Shown: positions 29,606 through 39,891 of the stretch, one piece after another
How the letters are laid out: each line of letters opens with the position of its first letter
Numbering within the stretch: position 1 is the first letter of the stretch
Source of the DNA: Candidatus Sulfobium sp.
Lineage (GTDB): Bacteria > Nitrospirota > Thermodesulfovibrionia > Thermodesulfovibrionales > UBA6898
Direction: 5' to 3'
Assembly (NCBI GenBank): GCA_037380845.1
Contig: JARRRI010000017.1
Coordinates: 1-58,232 of the forward strand
Length of the DNA stretch: 58,232 bases
The notes under the pieces: generated by a model
What the model saw: the letters and a program-made list of their open reading frames with translations, nothing else
What the model was told of the DNA's origin: nothing
The model's database searches: none
Position numbers and translations under genes: made by a program

Positions 29606-30256
29606 ATGGGAAAAGCACTTTCATTGCTCGGGGCGGCAAAGCTCTGCTTTCTCGTCCTGCTGATCGGCGTCCTTCCGGCGGTGACTTCGTGTAAGAAGAG
29701 CGAGGAGCCGCCGAAACAGGAGACGTCTAATGTACCGCTGAACCCTTACACCACGGACTCCATATATAACCAGGTAAAACAACAGCTTGAGAAGAATCCG
29801 AACGACGTCGCCGCGCTCTATCATCTCGCGGACCTCTACGACCGCAACTCCCAGTACGTCCAGGCGATAGAGACCTACAGAAAAGTTTTAAAACTGAAAC
29901 CGGACATGGGGTATGCATACCTCAAGATCGGAACCGCTTACAGCCGTCTCAATAAGCCCGAAGAGGCCGTAAAAGCCTTCAAGGACGCAAAAAAATATAT
30001 GGCCGATTATCCCGTGCTTTACAACAATATGGGCGTTGCCTACGGGAAGATGAACAAATATCAGGACGAGATCCGGGTCCTGAAAAAGGCGATAGAACTG
30101 AGGCCGCGATATTCGACAGCCAGGTATAACCTCGGCTCTGCCTATCTGAAGATAGGGAAAAAGAAGAACGCCATGAAACAGTACGAAGAATTGAAAAAGT
30201 TCGACGAAGGTGTAGCGGAGGCCCTGCTGAAAAAGATTCAGGGCAGTGCCGGATAG
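29606..30256 (+). CDS. TPR-repeat lipoprotein
   Basis: Lipobox VTSC; TPRs (ALYHLADLY, AYLKIGTAY, LYNNMGVAY, ARYNLGSAY). Confidence 0.88.
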   Translation: MGKALSLLGAAKLCFLVLLIGVLPAVTSCKKSEEPPKQETSNVPLNPYTTDSIYNQVKQQLEKNPNDVAALYHLADLYDRNSQYVQAIETYRKVLKLKPDMGYAYLKIGTAYSRLNKPEEAVKAFKDAKKYMADYPVLYNNMGVAYGKMNKYQDEIRVLKKAIELRPRYSTARYNLGSAYLKIGKKKNAMKQYEELKKFDEGVAEALLKKIQGSAG

Positions 30257-30273
30257 CCGCCAGCGGGGGAGAT

Positions 30274-30945
30274 GTGATAGAGGTCAGGAATCTCAGGAAA
30301 ACTTACAATATAGACGGGCAGATACTCAAGGCGGTCGACGAAGTCTCCTTCAGCGTAAAAAAAGGGGAGATGGTGTCGATTATCGGACACTCCGGCAGCG
30401 GCAAGACGACGCTCCTGAGCCTCATCGGGGGCCTGACCAGACCCGACTCGGGACAGGTACTGATCGACCGTGAAAACATTTGGTCGATGACGGACGACGT
30501 GCTTTCGGAATTCAGAAACAGGAAGATGAATTTTATATATCAGTTCTCCAGCCTCATTCCCACGTTGACTTCCCTTGAGAATATTCTTCTCCCCACCGCC
30601 TTCGGCAAGGAATACGGCGCCGATACTGAAAAACACGCCAGGGAGCTTCTCGAAATCGTAGGGCTTAACGAAAAGATAAATTCCTTCCCTTCCCACCTCT
30701 CCGGCGGGCAGCAGAGAAGGATCGCAATCGCGCGTGCCTTTGTCAACAGGCCCGCCATCGTTCTGGCCGACGAGCCCACGGGAGACCTTGACGAGGAGAC
30801 CGAATCAGAAGTGCTCGAACTTTTCTCCAGAATAAACAGGGATGAACAGACCACGTTCATAATGGTCACCCACAACAAGGATATCGCGTCGAAAGCCCAG
30901 AAAAGGTTCAGCATGAGCAACGGCGTTCTAAGCGAGATTAGCTAG
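30274..30945 (+). CDS. ABC ATP-binding protein (LolD-like)
   Basis: GHSGSGKT, LSGGQQRR, LADEPTGDLD. Confidence 0.95.
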   Translation: MIEVRNLRKTYNIDGQILKAVDEVSFSVKKGEMVSIIGHSGSGKTTLLSLIGGLTRPDSGQVLIDRENIWSMTDDVLSEFRNRKMNFIYQFSSLIPTLTSLENILLPTAFGKEYGADTEKHARELLEIVGLNEKINSFPSHLSGGQQRRIAIARAFVNRPAIVLADEPTGDLDEETESEVLELFSRINRDEQTTFIMVTHNKDIASKAQKRFSMSNGVLSEIS

Positions 30946-30983
30946 TGTAGTGCAACCACTTCTTTGTTTGCGGGTATTTTAGC

Positions 30984-31057
30984 CGTCATTCATGAGCAGC
31001 CGACATCCGGGATTTCCAAAAAAATATGGATTACCGGTTACTACCCCGGGAATGACG
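30984..31057. repeat. REP-like palindromic element
   Basis: cgtcattc...gaatgacg termini, located between convergent genes. Confidence 0.65.
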
Positions 31058-31298
31058 AAGAATTTCTTGGAGATATTGCGGCCTTACCTGAATAGTTGTC
31101 GCTTTCGGCTCCATAATCCATAAAGTTCAGGAAACTTTGCAACCAAGGTGGGACAGAGGCCCCGAGCGGTTTCTTTTGCCGACAGTCCGGCAGTACGTAT
31201 ATAGAAAAATAAAGAGGCAAAAGCCTCGGAGCGCAGCGAGAATGAGAAAGGGGCCTCTGTCCCGCCGCAAGTTTATGAATATTCGGGCCTGTACGCCC

Positions 31299-31869
31299 TC
31301 AGGCGGCCGGTTTCCCGTACATCTCCTCCACCTCCGAAGTATAAGAGCCGTCTTTGCGATAGATGAACAGGGGCTTCTGTATCTTTATCCCCGCCCTTCC
31401 CTCCTTTACCGCTTCAACCAGGACGATCTTCGATACTGCAAGCGGATCGTTATGCACGAACCTGACCCTCTTGGGTTCCAGATGGTTCGCCCTGAGAGTA
31501 TCCATCAGTTCCACGAACCTTTCGGGATGGTAGATTATATAAAATCGTCCCCTCGCCCTCAGAAGGCGTGATGCCGCATCCGCCAGCTCCGGAAGGCTCA
31601 ATCTTATCTCATGCCTGGCTACGGCCCTTTCTTCCCCGAGGCTTAACCGGCCGCTCGTTGTCTTCCTGAAAGGGGGGTTCGACACCACAAGGTCACAGGA
31701 CATACCCCGGGCCTTCTCCACGATATGATTGATATCGGAAAGGACCGCCGTCACCCTTTTCCCGAGACCATTCAGTTCGATATTTTTTTCGGCCAGGCGG
31801 AGAGAACCTGTACCCGAAACGGTGCTGATACACCTTTATGTCGCGGACCCCGTCGAGTGTGGTCTCCAT
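31299..31869 (-). pseudogene. tRNA1(Val) A37 N6-methyltransferase-like gene with frameshifting deletion near 31800
   Basis: N-terminus METTLD...GYRFS joins out of frame to RLAEKNIELNGL...VSNPPF...ARHE. The SAM-binding DLGxGxG motif is missing. Confidence 0.78.
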
Positions 31870-31870
31870 G

Positions 31871-32539
31871 TCAGTGAAGGCTGAAACCACGGTCGCCGCG
31901 TCCCAATCGCTCCAGCACGGAGGGAAGTTCCGGAAAATGTTCTATGAATCCGTCGGCGCCGCCGAGAAACTCCATTCCCCTGTAACCGTATGTAACTGCG
32001 ATCGTCTTTATCCCGGCCGCCTTCCCGGCCTCCATGTCGTAATTGCTGTCGCCCACTATCACCGCCTGATCAGGCTTAACCTTCGCCATATCTAGTATAT
32101 GAAGTATCGGCTTGGGCGACGGTTTCTTTTCCCCCACGCTGTCGCTGCCGAGAATAACATCGAAATAGTGTAAAAGTTTAAGGTCGCCCAGGAGCCTCTT
32201 TGACAGCGCCTCCCTCTTGTTGGAAACAACCGCTTTCCGGTAATCTGCCAGCTTTTCGAGCGTCTCCGGCACGCCGGGATAAGGCACAGTAAAGTCGGCC
32301 AGGTGATCGGAATAATATCCCATGAACCTGTCCATCACGCCCGGCATGATAGCCGCATTTTCTTTACCCAGCATCTTCTCCACAAGTGCCGTCAATCCTT
32401 CGCCCACCATACCCACCGTTTTTTCCACGGTCATCTTGTCAAGTTTGTAGGGCTCGATCGCATAATTCAATGCATTGGTAATATCGACGATCGAATTAAC
32501 GAGGGTGCCGTCGAGGTCAAATATTATGAGTGTTATCAA
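31871..32539 (-). CDS. gph: HAD hydrolase, phosphoglycolate phosphatase-like
   Basis: FDLDGTLVNS, VSNK, KKPSP, VGDS..D; TTG start at 32539 after AGGA. Confidence 0.85.
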   Translation of the reverse strand: MITLIIFDLDGTLVNSIVDITNALNYAIEPYKLDKMTVEKTVGMVGEGLTALVEKMLGKENAAIMPGVMDRFMGYYSDHLADFTVPYPGVPETLEKLADYRKAVVSNKREALSKRLLGDLKLLHYFDVILGSDSVGEKKPSPKPILHILDMAKVKPDQAVIVGDSNYDMEAGKAAGIKTIAVTYGYRGMEFLGGADGFIEHFPELPSVLERLGRGDRGFSLH

Positions 32540-32763
32540 GGCAAATCCTTTCCTGATAATAATCTCGTTTGTTTGCATCCGGCAGCTATCGGCAGACGGC
32601 CGGATTTACCCTGGCAAGCGTTTAAAGCCACATTGAGCAATAGTCGGCCATTCCGGCCCTGGTCGCCTCCTGCGCCGCCGGAGGCGGGTAAACTTCCCGG
32701 TTGGCACACTCTGAGGCTTTTCCTGCGACGCGGTTAGTAATGCGCGAAAAGGGCTGTTTAAGC

Positions 32764-32991
32764 TTATCCACCTTTTCTTTTGTGGCACTTGAAACACTCG
32801 AACTTCGGCGGATGGGTTTTTTTCATTTCATAACGCTTGCCGGGTCCGTGACATTCCATGCAGACCGCCGCATCCTGTATCCCTTGGTGAAATGAGTCGT
32901 CCGGAATCGGCGGATATTCCTTCCTGGAGAAAGTAAACAGCAATCCGATCACAATTAAAACGAAAAAGATGAAGCCGATCGCACTTTTCAC
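32764..32991 (-). CDS. Small membrane-anchored diheme cytochrome c
   Basis: N-terminal TM; CMECH and CFKCH motifs with extra His residues. Confidence 0.78.
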   Translation of the reverse strand: MKSAIGFIFFVLIVIGLLFTFSRKEYPPIPDDSFHQGIQDAAVCMECHGPGKRYEMKKTHPPKFECFKCHKRKGG

Positions 32992-33059
32992 AGGTACATT
33001 GTATCATACGCCGGCTTTTCAGTAACAGCCGCCGGATGTGACAAAACGGGTCAAATGAT

Positions 33060-33154
33060 CGTCATTCTCCGGCTTGATCGGGGAATCAGGTATTTTCCTC
33101 TGGATAATCCGGTCACGCCGGAAGACGCCTTATTCGAAAATGATCACATATTGA
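33060..33154. repeat. REP-like element plus a 19-bp motif repeated at 55885-55903
   Basis: gtcattctccgg...ccggaagacg; GAAAATGATCACATATTGA occurs exactly at 33136-33154 and 55885-55903. Confidence 0.65.
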
Positions 33155-33247
33155 CCCAATACCGAAGTCCGCCGGAACTTGTTTTTCCGGTGCGGCTGCC
33201 TTACACTTGGAATGTGAGGAAACCATACTGCACAGGCTCGTGATAAC

Positions 33248-33601
33248 TTGAAAGACAAACCCGCAAAGCCCCCGGTACCCGAGGAGAGGAGGGAGACCCT
33301 CCGCAGGGAGATTGCGGCGGTGCTCAAGGGGCCGCCCCTGTCCGCCAAAGAGATCTCTGCGCAGGTGAGGTTATCCGAAAAAGAGGTCTACACCCACCTT
33401 GAGCATATCCACAAGACGCTGAACAAGCGGGACTGTCGTCTTGTCGTAACACCGGCCCAGTGCATTAAATGCGGCTTTACCTTCAGAAAAAGGGAGAGGT
33501 TTAAAAAGCCCGGCAGATGTCCGGTCTGCAGAGGCGAGCTCATACAGGAGCCACTCTTCGCTGTCAGGGGAACATGCGATAAATACGCAAGAGAGCGGTA
33601 A
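33248..33601 (+). CDS. HTH + Zn-ribbon predicted transcriptional regulator
   Basis: HTH (LSAKEISAQVRLSEKEVYTHLEHI) plus CIKCG...CPVC. Confidence 0.82.
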   Translation: MKDKPAKPPVPEERRETLRREIAAVLKGPPLSAKEISAQVRLSEKEVYTHLEHIHKTLNKRDCRLVVTPAQCIKCGFTFRKRERFKKPGRCPVCRGELIQEPLFAVRGTCDKYARER

Positions 33602-33881
33602 ACTTGTTGCGTTATTATATTATTGCGCAGTTTCTTGACACGTGGCCCTCTCTTTTTTTATAATGAACTCATGGGGCAGTCAGCATCTGCCTCTATTTAG
33701 TGATTTTTACTTTCCAAACTCTCCCCTTTGGAGGGGGCGTTCCCCTCCAATTTTTTTGTCTGATTGCAGATCAGCGTATATAGAAGAAAATAAAGAGACA
33801 AAAGCCCGGGAGGTGGCGAAAACGGGATGGCATTCATGTCCCGCCTTGCGTTTATGAATAAACCGGTTTGACCCACTTCAT

Positions 33882-35903
33882 TCACAAATTTTCCTGCATG
33901 GCGAAAGGACATAGTGTTTGAGCGGTTTTACTTGCCCGATATTCAGACATTGTGTATCCTGAAATAAAGAGGGCAAGTTCCTCGGAGGTCGTAACGACCG
34001 AGAATGAGCGAAAATACTGTGTCCTTTTTTCGAGAACTTCTTCCTTCATTAGTGCCGCGGCAAGCTCATCGAGGGCATGTCTGTTGTCGGAAAGAATCTT
34101 CTTCGCCGTAGCCTCGGCCTTGTTGATCATGTTCTGTATCTCCTGGTCCATGAGCCAGGCCATCTCTTCGCTGTACCGTTTCGGCTGGGCAAGTTCCCGT
34201 CCGAGAAAAGGATGCTCCTCCCCCCGCCCCAGGTTGACCGCCCCTATCTTGTCGCTCATACCCCATTGTGAAACCATCTTCTCGGCAAGAGAGGTGGCTT
34301 CCTTGAGGTCATTCTGGGCCCCGCTGCTCACGTCATCGAATACAAGTTTCTCGGCATTCCTGCCGCCCAGTGCGACACTTAATCTGTTCATAAGGTAGGT
34401 TTTCGGATAATAGTGCCGGTCCTCCTGCGGCACAAGTTGCGTAACACCCATGGCCGCTCCCCTCGGAAGGATACTTACCTTATAGATGGGGTCGGTGCCG
34501 GGAAGGTTCCAGGCAACGAGGGTATGTCCCGCCTCGTGGTAGGCGGTTATCTTTTTCTCCATATCGCTGATGGTCTCTTCCCTCACAGAGCCCATCAGAA
34601 TAACGTCCCGGGCCTCTTCAAAGTCGTGCATGGTTATTTTTTCCTTCTTGTTTCTGAGAGCGACGAGGGCCGCCTCGTTGGCAAGGTTCTCCAGGTCGGC
34701 ACCCGTCATCCCCGGGGTGCCCTTCGCCAGGGTCTCCAGATCGACATCGTCGGCAAGCACCTTGTCTCTCACATGGATCTCCAGGATCGCCTTCCGCTCT
34801 TTCCATCCCGGCCGGTCCACAACGATATGTCTGTCGAATCTTCCCGGCCTCAAAAGGGCCGGATCGAGGACGTCGGGTCTGTTGGTGGCCGCCATGACGA
34901 TCACCTCTTCATGGGGGTCGAAACCGTCCATCTCGCTGAGCAGCTGGTTCAGAGTCTGTTCCCTTTCATCGTGTCCGCCGCCAAGACCGGCCCCCCGCGT
35001 CCTTCCCACAGCATCGATCTCGTCTATAAAGATTATACTGGGATGAGAGTCCTTCGCTTTCTTGAACATATCGCGCACGCGGGAGGCGCCCACTCCGACG
35101 AACATCTCGATAAACTCCGACCCGCTGATATTGTAAAAAGGCACCCCCGCCTCCCCGGCGGTGGCCCGGGCCAGCAGGGTCTTGCCGGTCCCGGGCGGAC
35201 CTATCAGCAGCACGCCCCTCGGCACCTTTGCTCCAATGGTGGCAAAACGTGACGGGTCCTTGAGGAAGTCGATTGTTTCCATAAGCTCCTGCTTTACGTT
35301 TGCCATTCCCGCCACGTCCTTGAAGGTCACATGCGGCCTCTTCACGTCGTACAGTTTTGCCTTGCTTGAGCCGAACTGGAAAAGTCCGCCCGCACCGCCC
35401 TGTACCTGCTGCTGCGCCCGCTTCATTATGAACAGCCAGACACCTATGATAAGCACCCATGGCAGCACGCCGATCAGGAACTGCCAGAAAACCGACTTCT
35501 GTTCCGGGGGTTTGACGTTGATCATGACCTTCTTCTCCCGCAATCTGGAGATAAGGCCTTCCCCCTGAAAACTCGGCAGGTAGGTCTTGAAGTCCTTAAC
35601 CGCCTTAGGCTTCTTCTCGCCGGGCGGCACGACATCCACCTTCTTCTTGAATACGCCCGTAACCTTCAGTTCCGTGATTGTGACGGACTTGATATTGGAA
35701 GCGTCGAGTTCCTCCAGAAACTTGCTGTAATCTATTTCGTACTGTTCAGGTCCCTGCGGGCTATACTGCTGGGCCCATATATACAAAACCAGAAACACAA
35801 GCAGCGAAGCAATGGCCGCCCTCCACTGCGGGCTCCTGAGTTTGTCAGATAGGGTCTGACTCCCCTTGTCGTCTTTCTTTTTGTCTCCGGTGGGCTCCGC
35901 CAT
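33882..35903 (-). CDS. ftsH: ATP-dependent zinc metalloprotease FtsH
   Basis: 2 TM; GPPGTGKT; DEIDAVGR; TNRPDVLDPALLRPGRFDR; HEAGH. Confidence 0.97.
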   Translation of the reverse strand: MAEPTGDKKKDDKGSQTLSDKLRSPQWRAAIASLLVFLVLYIWAQQYSPQGPEQYEIDYSKFLEELDASNIKSVTITELKVTGVFKKKVDVVPPGEKKPKAVKDFKTYLPSFQGEGLISRLREKKVMINVKPPEQKSVFWQFLIGVLPWVLIIGVWLFIMKRAQQQVQGGAGGLFQFGSSKAKLYDVKRPHVTFKDVAGMANVKQELMETIDFLKDPSRFATIGAKVPRGVLLIGPPGTGKTLLARATAGEAGVPFYNISGSEFIEMFVGVGASRVRDMFKKAKDSHPSIIFIDEIDAVGRTRGAGLGGGHDEREQTLNQLLSEMDGFDPHEEVIVMAATNRPDVLDPALLRPGRFDRHIVVDRPGWKERKAILEIHVRDKVLADDVDLETLAKGTPGMTGADLENLANEAALVALRNKKEKITMHDFEEARDVILMGSVREETISDMEKKITAYHEAGHTLVAWNLPGTDPIYKVSILPRGAAMGVTQLVPQEDRHYYPKTYLMNRLSVALGGRNAEKLVFDDVSSGAQNDLKEATSLAEKMVSQWGMSDKIGAVNLGRGEEHPFLGRELAQPKRYSEEMAWLMDQEIQNMINKAEATAKKILSDNRHALDELAAALMKEEVLEKRTQYFRSFSVVTTSEELALFISGYTMSEYRASKTAQTLCPFAMQENL

Positions 35904-36095
35904 GAATCCATTCTATCATCTTTTCTTCCACAAATAAACAGCAAAACCGGCAGTTGTAACCCGCGCAGGGATGTGAATGGCGGGAGGACGAGCCGGTGCA
36001 GCATCCCGGTAAGCATTACAGGAAAAATGATTGTCGGGCCAAAACAAATCCACTATCCTTTAAATAAAAAAGAAAGACGGCCGGAGGGAGACAAA

Positions 36096-36530
36096 ATGAA
36101 GATCGTCGTTGCTGTCGATTTGGGTCATTTCAAGGCTTACAGGATAACCGATACGCCCACAGGACCGAAAATAACGCTGATAGAGAGCAGCGATTATGTC
36201 GACGCCCACGGAAAGCTCAGCGAAAAAGTGACCGACAAGGCCGGACGATTCGGATATGGAAAGGGAACGGATAAGGCGGCGAAGGGATATGGAGAGCCGC
36301 ACAATATAGAACTGGAGGAGGAGAAGAGGCTCCTGAAGCTCATAGCCGAGGACATCTCCGCCGTCCTTAATCGCGAAAAATGCGGGGAATGGCTTTTTGC
36401 CGCGCCCGCTGAAATAAACGGACGGATTATCGACAACCTCGCCCCGGGTCTCACTTCAAGGATCGGCAAGAACGTTTCTTCCGATTTGACCAAGACAAAG
36501 AAGGCGGAACTCCTGTCGTATTTCGAATAG
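36096..36530 (+). CDS. Host-attachment / baeRF12-like protein
   Basis: IVVAVDLGHFKAY, TDKAGRF, FAAPAE, SSDLTK pattern; ATG after GGAGGGAG. Confidence 0.7.
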   Translation: MKIVVAVDLGHFKAYRITDTPTGPKITLIESSDYVDAHGKLSEKVTDKAGRFGYGKGTDKAAKGYGEPHNIELEEEKRLLKLIAEDISAVLNREKCGEWLFAAPAEINGRIIDNLAPGLTSRIGKNVSSDLTKTKKAELLSYFE

Positions 36531-36531
36531 A

Positions 36532-37650
36532 ATGGTCATCGGTGTTCCCCGCGAAATAAAGGAAGAAGAATACCGGGTGGGCGTAATACCCGCCGGGGTA
36601 AGGGAACTCAAAAAAGACGGCCATACTGTCCTCGTAGAGGAGGGGGCAGGAACAGGCAGCGGCTTCAGCGACAATGAATATCTTGATGCCGACGCCGATG
36701 TCACGGACCGCGAAACACTGTTCGGAAAGGCCGACCTCGTCGTCAAGGTGAAAGAACCGCTTCCCTCCGAGTTCCCGCTGTTCAGGGAGAGCCAGGCCGT
36801 TTTTACATACCTTCATCTCGCGCCCAACAGGAAACTTCTGGAATTTCTTCTCTCCTCCGGAATCACCGGCCTCGGTTATGAGACCCTGCTGAAAGACGGC
36901 GGCCTCCCCCTTCTTTCACCCATGAGCGAGATCGCCGGCAGAATGGCTCCTATTGTGGGGTCATATTACCTGCAGGCCGAACATGGCGGGACAGGGGTCC
37001 TCCCTACCGGTATGGCCGGTGTGAAGCCGGGGAAGGCCCTGGTGCTGGGGGCGGGAGTTGTCGGTACGAACTCCGCCCGGGTCTGTTCCGGCCTGGGCAT
37101 GGACACCGTAGTGATAAGCAAAGGAGCAGACAGGCTTCAGCGGATAGACGAGTTGTTCATGGGTAGAGTGAAGACCCTTCCGGTTACGATGCATAACGTC
37201 GAACTGGAAATCCCGGATTGTGATATCATAATCGGTGCGGTCCTTGTGCCGGGCGGACGGACCCCCATGCTGATAACCAGAGAAATGCTCGCGACAATGA
37301 AGAAGGGTGCAGTTATAGTCGACGTATCGATAGACCAGGGCGGATGCACCGAAACTTCTCATCCCACAACCCACAACAGCCCCGTTTACACTGTGGACGG
37401 CGTACTTCATTATGCCGTTGCCAATATGCCCGGGGCCTACCCGAGGACTTCCACCCACGCGCTTACGAATTCAACGCTTCCCTATATAAGGACCATCGCG
37501 TCGCTGGGGATTGAAAGGGCGATCAAGGAAGATGCTTCAATAAGGAGCGCTCTAAACACATACCATGGGGCGGTGGTCCATGAGTCGCTTGCGGAATCGA
37601 CAGGCGTTCCGTTCAGAGACCTGGATGAACTCACCGGAGGCTCGAGCTGA
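36532..37650 (+). CDS. ald: Alanine dehydrogenase
   Basis: IGVPREIK..EYRV, KVKEP, FTYLHLA, MSEIAGR, GAGVVG, YAVANMPGA. Confidence 0.96.
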   Translation: MVIGVPREIKEEEYRVGVIPAGVRELKKDGHTVLVEEGAGTGSGFSDNEYLDADADVTDRETLFGKADLVVKVKEPLPSEFPLFRESQAVFTYLHLAPNRKLLEFLLSSGITGLGYETLLKDGGLPLLSPMSEIAGRMAPIVGSYYLQAEHGGTGVLPTGMAGVKPGKALVLGAGVVGTNSARVCSGLGMDTVVISKGADRLQRIDELFMGRVKTLPVTMHNVELEIPDCDIIIGAVLVPGGRTPMLITREMLATMKKGAVIVDVSIDQGGCTETSHPTTHNSPVYTVDGVLHYAVANMPGAYPRTSTHALTNSTLPYIRTIASLGIERAIKEDASIRSALNTYHGAVVHESLAESTGVPFRDLDELTGGSS

Positions 37651-37745
37651 CCCGCAACGGCACGACAGAAAAGGCGCCGCCGTCCCTCAGGGTCCCTCAG
37701 CGCGGGCCGCTGCCCCGTCGTCTCATATTTCCTGTCCTTTGTCTT

Positions 37746-39641
37746 TTGCTGGCGGTATTCCTGGCAGCGTCCGCGCGGCCCGCGACCGCGGGGGTTAAGG
37801 TCTTTGGCGAAGCTGCTCTCAGGGAATCGATACACGCGGGCGGCTTTGCAAGAATCCTGGTCGGAATGAAGGCCCCTGAGACAACACGGTTCGCGAATGC
37901 CGCGTTCTTGCATAAAGCCGTGATACCGGGCCGAAGGTTTTCCCGGTCTGCTGTGAATGCCGACAAAGCACTGTCGGATTATATCCATTCGATGGTCGGA
38001 CAAGTCGTTTCCGGACTACACGCGGCCTCCTACAAGATCAACCGGACCTACGATTATTTCCCGGTCATCGCCATGGACATCTCCGCGAAGGCTCTCGATG
38101 CCCTGGAATCATCCCCTCTGGTGTCCTCCATAATGGAAGACCGCCCCGTCCCCCTGCCTGAGCCAGTCGATGCTGAGAGCTCTCCCGCCGCCGACACTAT
38201 ATCCCCCTGTTCCTCCAAGACGTCTACGGACGTCGACATCGTCGGGGCAAGAAGTGCATGGGCAGAGGGCTATACGGGGACGGGTTGGTATGTAGCGGTC
38301 CTGGACAGCGGCATCCTGACCAACCACGAACTTTTTGCCGGAAAGAATATCGTGGAGGCCTGCTTTTCCAGGACGGACGATTGCCCAAACGGCCAGAGCG
38401 AGATGTTCGGCCCCGGCGCCGCACGGCCTTACAGCAGTCTCTACGATGGTTATGAACATGGGACGCACGTGGCGGGCATAGCGGCTGGAAACGGCGGCTC
38501 CGTCTTCGGAGTCGCAAAGGACGCGGATATAGTAGCGGTGCAGATTTTTTCGCCCTTTAACGCTTCGGAATGCGGCAACGACTCCAATGAACCGTGCGTG
38601 ATGACATGGGATTCGGACCAGTTGGCTGCTTTGGATTACATCCTGACGCTCAGGGGTACTTATCCCATCGCCGCAATCAATATGAGCATAGGCGGGGACC
38701 AGTATTCCGACCAGGCGTCGTGCGATGCCGACAATGACAATCCCTTTCTGAAAGATGCTATCGATAAACTGAGAAACGCCGGAATTGCGACAGTGTCGGT
38801 TTCGGGGAATGATAGTTCCTGCGACAGCATCGAAGCGCCCGGCTGCATATCGTCGGCAGTGGCGGTGGGGGCCGTTGACGACAACGATCGGGAGGCATTT
38901 TTCAATGACTGGCAGTACAGCATGCTTGACCTGCTGGCCCCCGGGGTGCAAATCGTTTCGGCCGTGCCTGACTCCCCCAGCAGCTGCAAATACCTCAGCG
39001 GAACATCCATGGCCGCCCCCCAGGTGACCGGGGCATGGGCCATCCTGAAGCAGAAGGATCCGTCGGCCTCCGTTTCGGATATACTGCATGCCCTCGAGAG
39101 TACGGGCCTGCCGGTCCGCAATAGCCCGTGCTCAGGTATTTCAGGCATCTTAGACACTAACGACTATAAGCCCCGGATTGATGTGGCGTCCGCTCTCTCC
39201 CCCTTCCTGATCCCGGTCCCCTCGATCCAGGCCTCGCTTGACTATGCGGCAACAGACTCGCCGGTCTTGAACGTTTTCCATCTTCCATATCCTATAGGCG
39301 TCGGACCGGTCGCAGGCAGCGGCGACATCGTCAATTTAAGGGTGGGCCTCTATGCGTTCGCCGGTCCCGTAGATATTTACGTCGCCGTGTACGTTCCCGG
39401 TTATGACCCGGACAATTACTATGTCCTCACAGCCGATGACAGACTGGAGCCTTTAGCCACGCGCGGCCTTGTGCCCTGGAAACGCGGAACAGCCGGTCCG
39501 GTAGATGAGAGCCTTTTTGGGGAGATCCTGAAATCAGAGCTTCCCCTGTCAACCTATTATGTCTACCTCCTTGTTACACCTCCGGGAAGGACGGATGCCT
39601 ATTACCTCTGGTCGACAAGCTTTGTCAATAACGGTCTCTAG
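37746..39641 (+). CDS. Secreted subtilisin-like (S8) serine peptidase with C-terminal beta domain
   Basis: Catalytic VLDSG, HGTHVAG, GTSMAAP; start position uncertain. Confidence 0.92.
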   Translation: MLAVFLAASARPATAGVKVFGEAALRESIHAGGFARILVGMKAPETTRFANAAFLHKAVIPGRRFSRSAVNADKALSDYIHSMVGQVVSGLHAASYKINRTYDYFPVIAMDISAKALDALESSPLVSSIMEDRPVPLPEPVDAESSPAADTISPCSSKTSTDVDIVGARSAWAEGYTGTGWYVAVLDSGILTNHELFAGKNIVEACFSRTDDCPNGQSEMFGPGAARPYSSLYDGYEHGTHVAGIAAGNGGSVFGVAKDADIVAVQIFSPFNASECGNDSNEPCVMTWDSDQLAALDYILTLRGTYPIAAINMSIGGDQYSDQASCDADNDNPFLKDAIDKLRNAGIATVSVSGNDSSCDSIEAPGCISSAVAVGAVDDNDREAFFNDWQYSMLDLLAPGVQIVSAVPDSPSSCKYLSGTSMAAPQVTGAWAILKQKDPSASVSDILHALESTGLPVRNSPCSGISGILDTNDYKPRIDVASALSPFLIPVPSIQASLDYAATDSPVLNVFHLPYPIGVGPVAGSGDIVNLRVGLYAFAGPVDIYVAVYVPGYDPDNYYVLTADDRLEPLATRGLVPWKRGTAGPVDESLFGEILKSELPLSTYYVYLLVTPPGRTDAYYLWSTSFVNNGL

Positions 39642-39891
39642 ATTGCGCGGCAGCGGCGTCGCAGGGGGGGTTGCGCCTGCATGTTCGATCATATATATTA
39701 AAGGTCAGAAATTTTGACCGGTCGCGACCCGGATGTTTCCATCAACCAATGAACGGCGGTCAACTTCAGATGAACCGGGGCTGAGAAGAAGTCTCTCAGT
39801 TGGAAGGCCTTACCTGTGGGGCGAGTGATGAAAGAACTCAGAGTCTTGAGGTTCCATTTCCGTCCGTGGCCGGAATGCTTTTTTAAGAACC

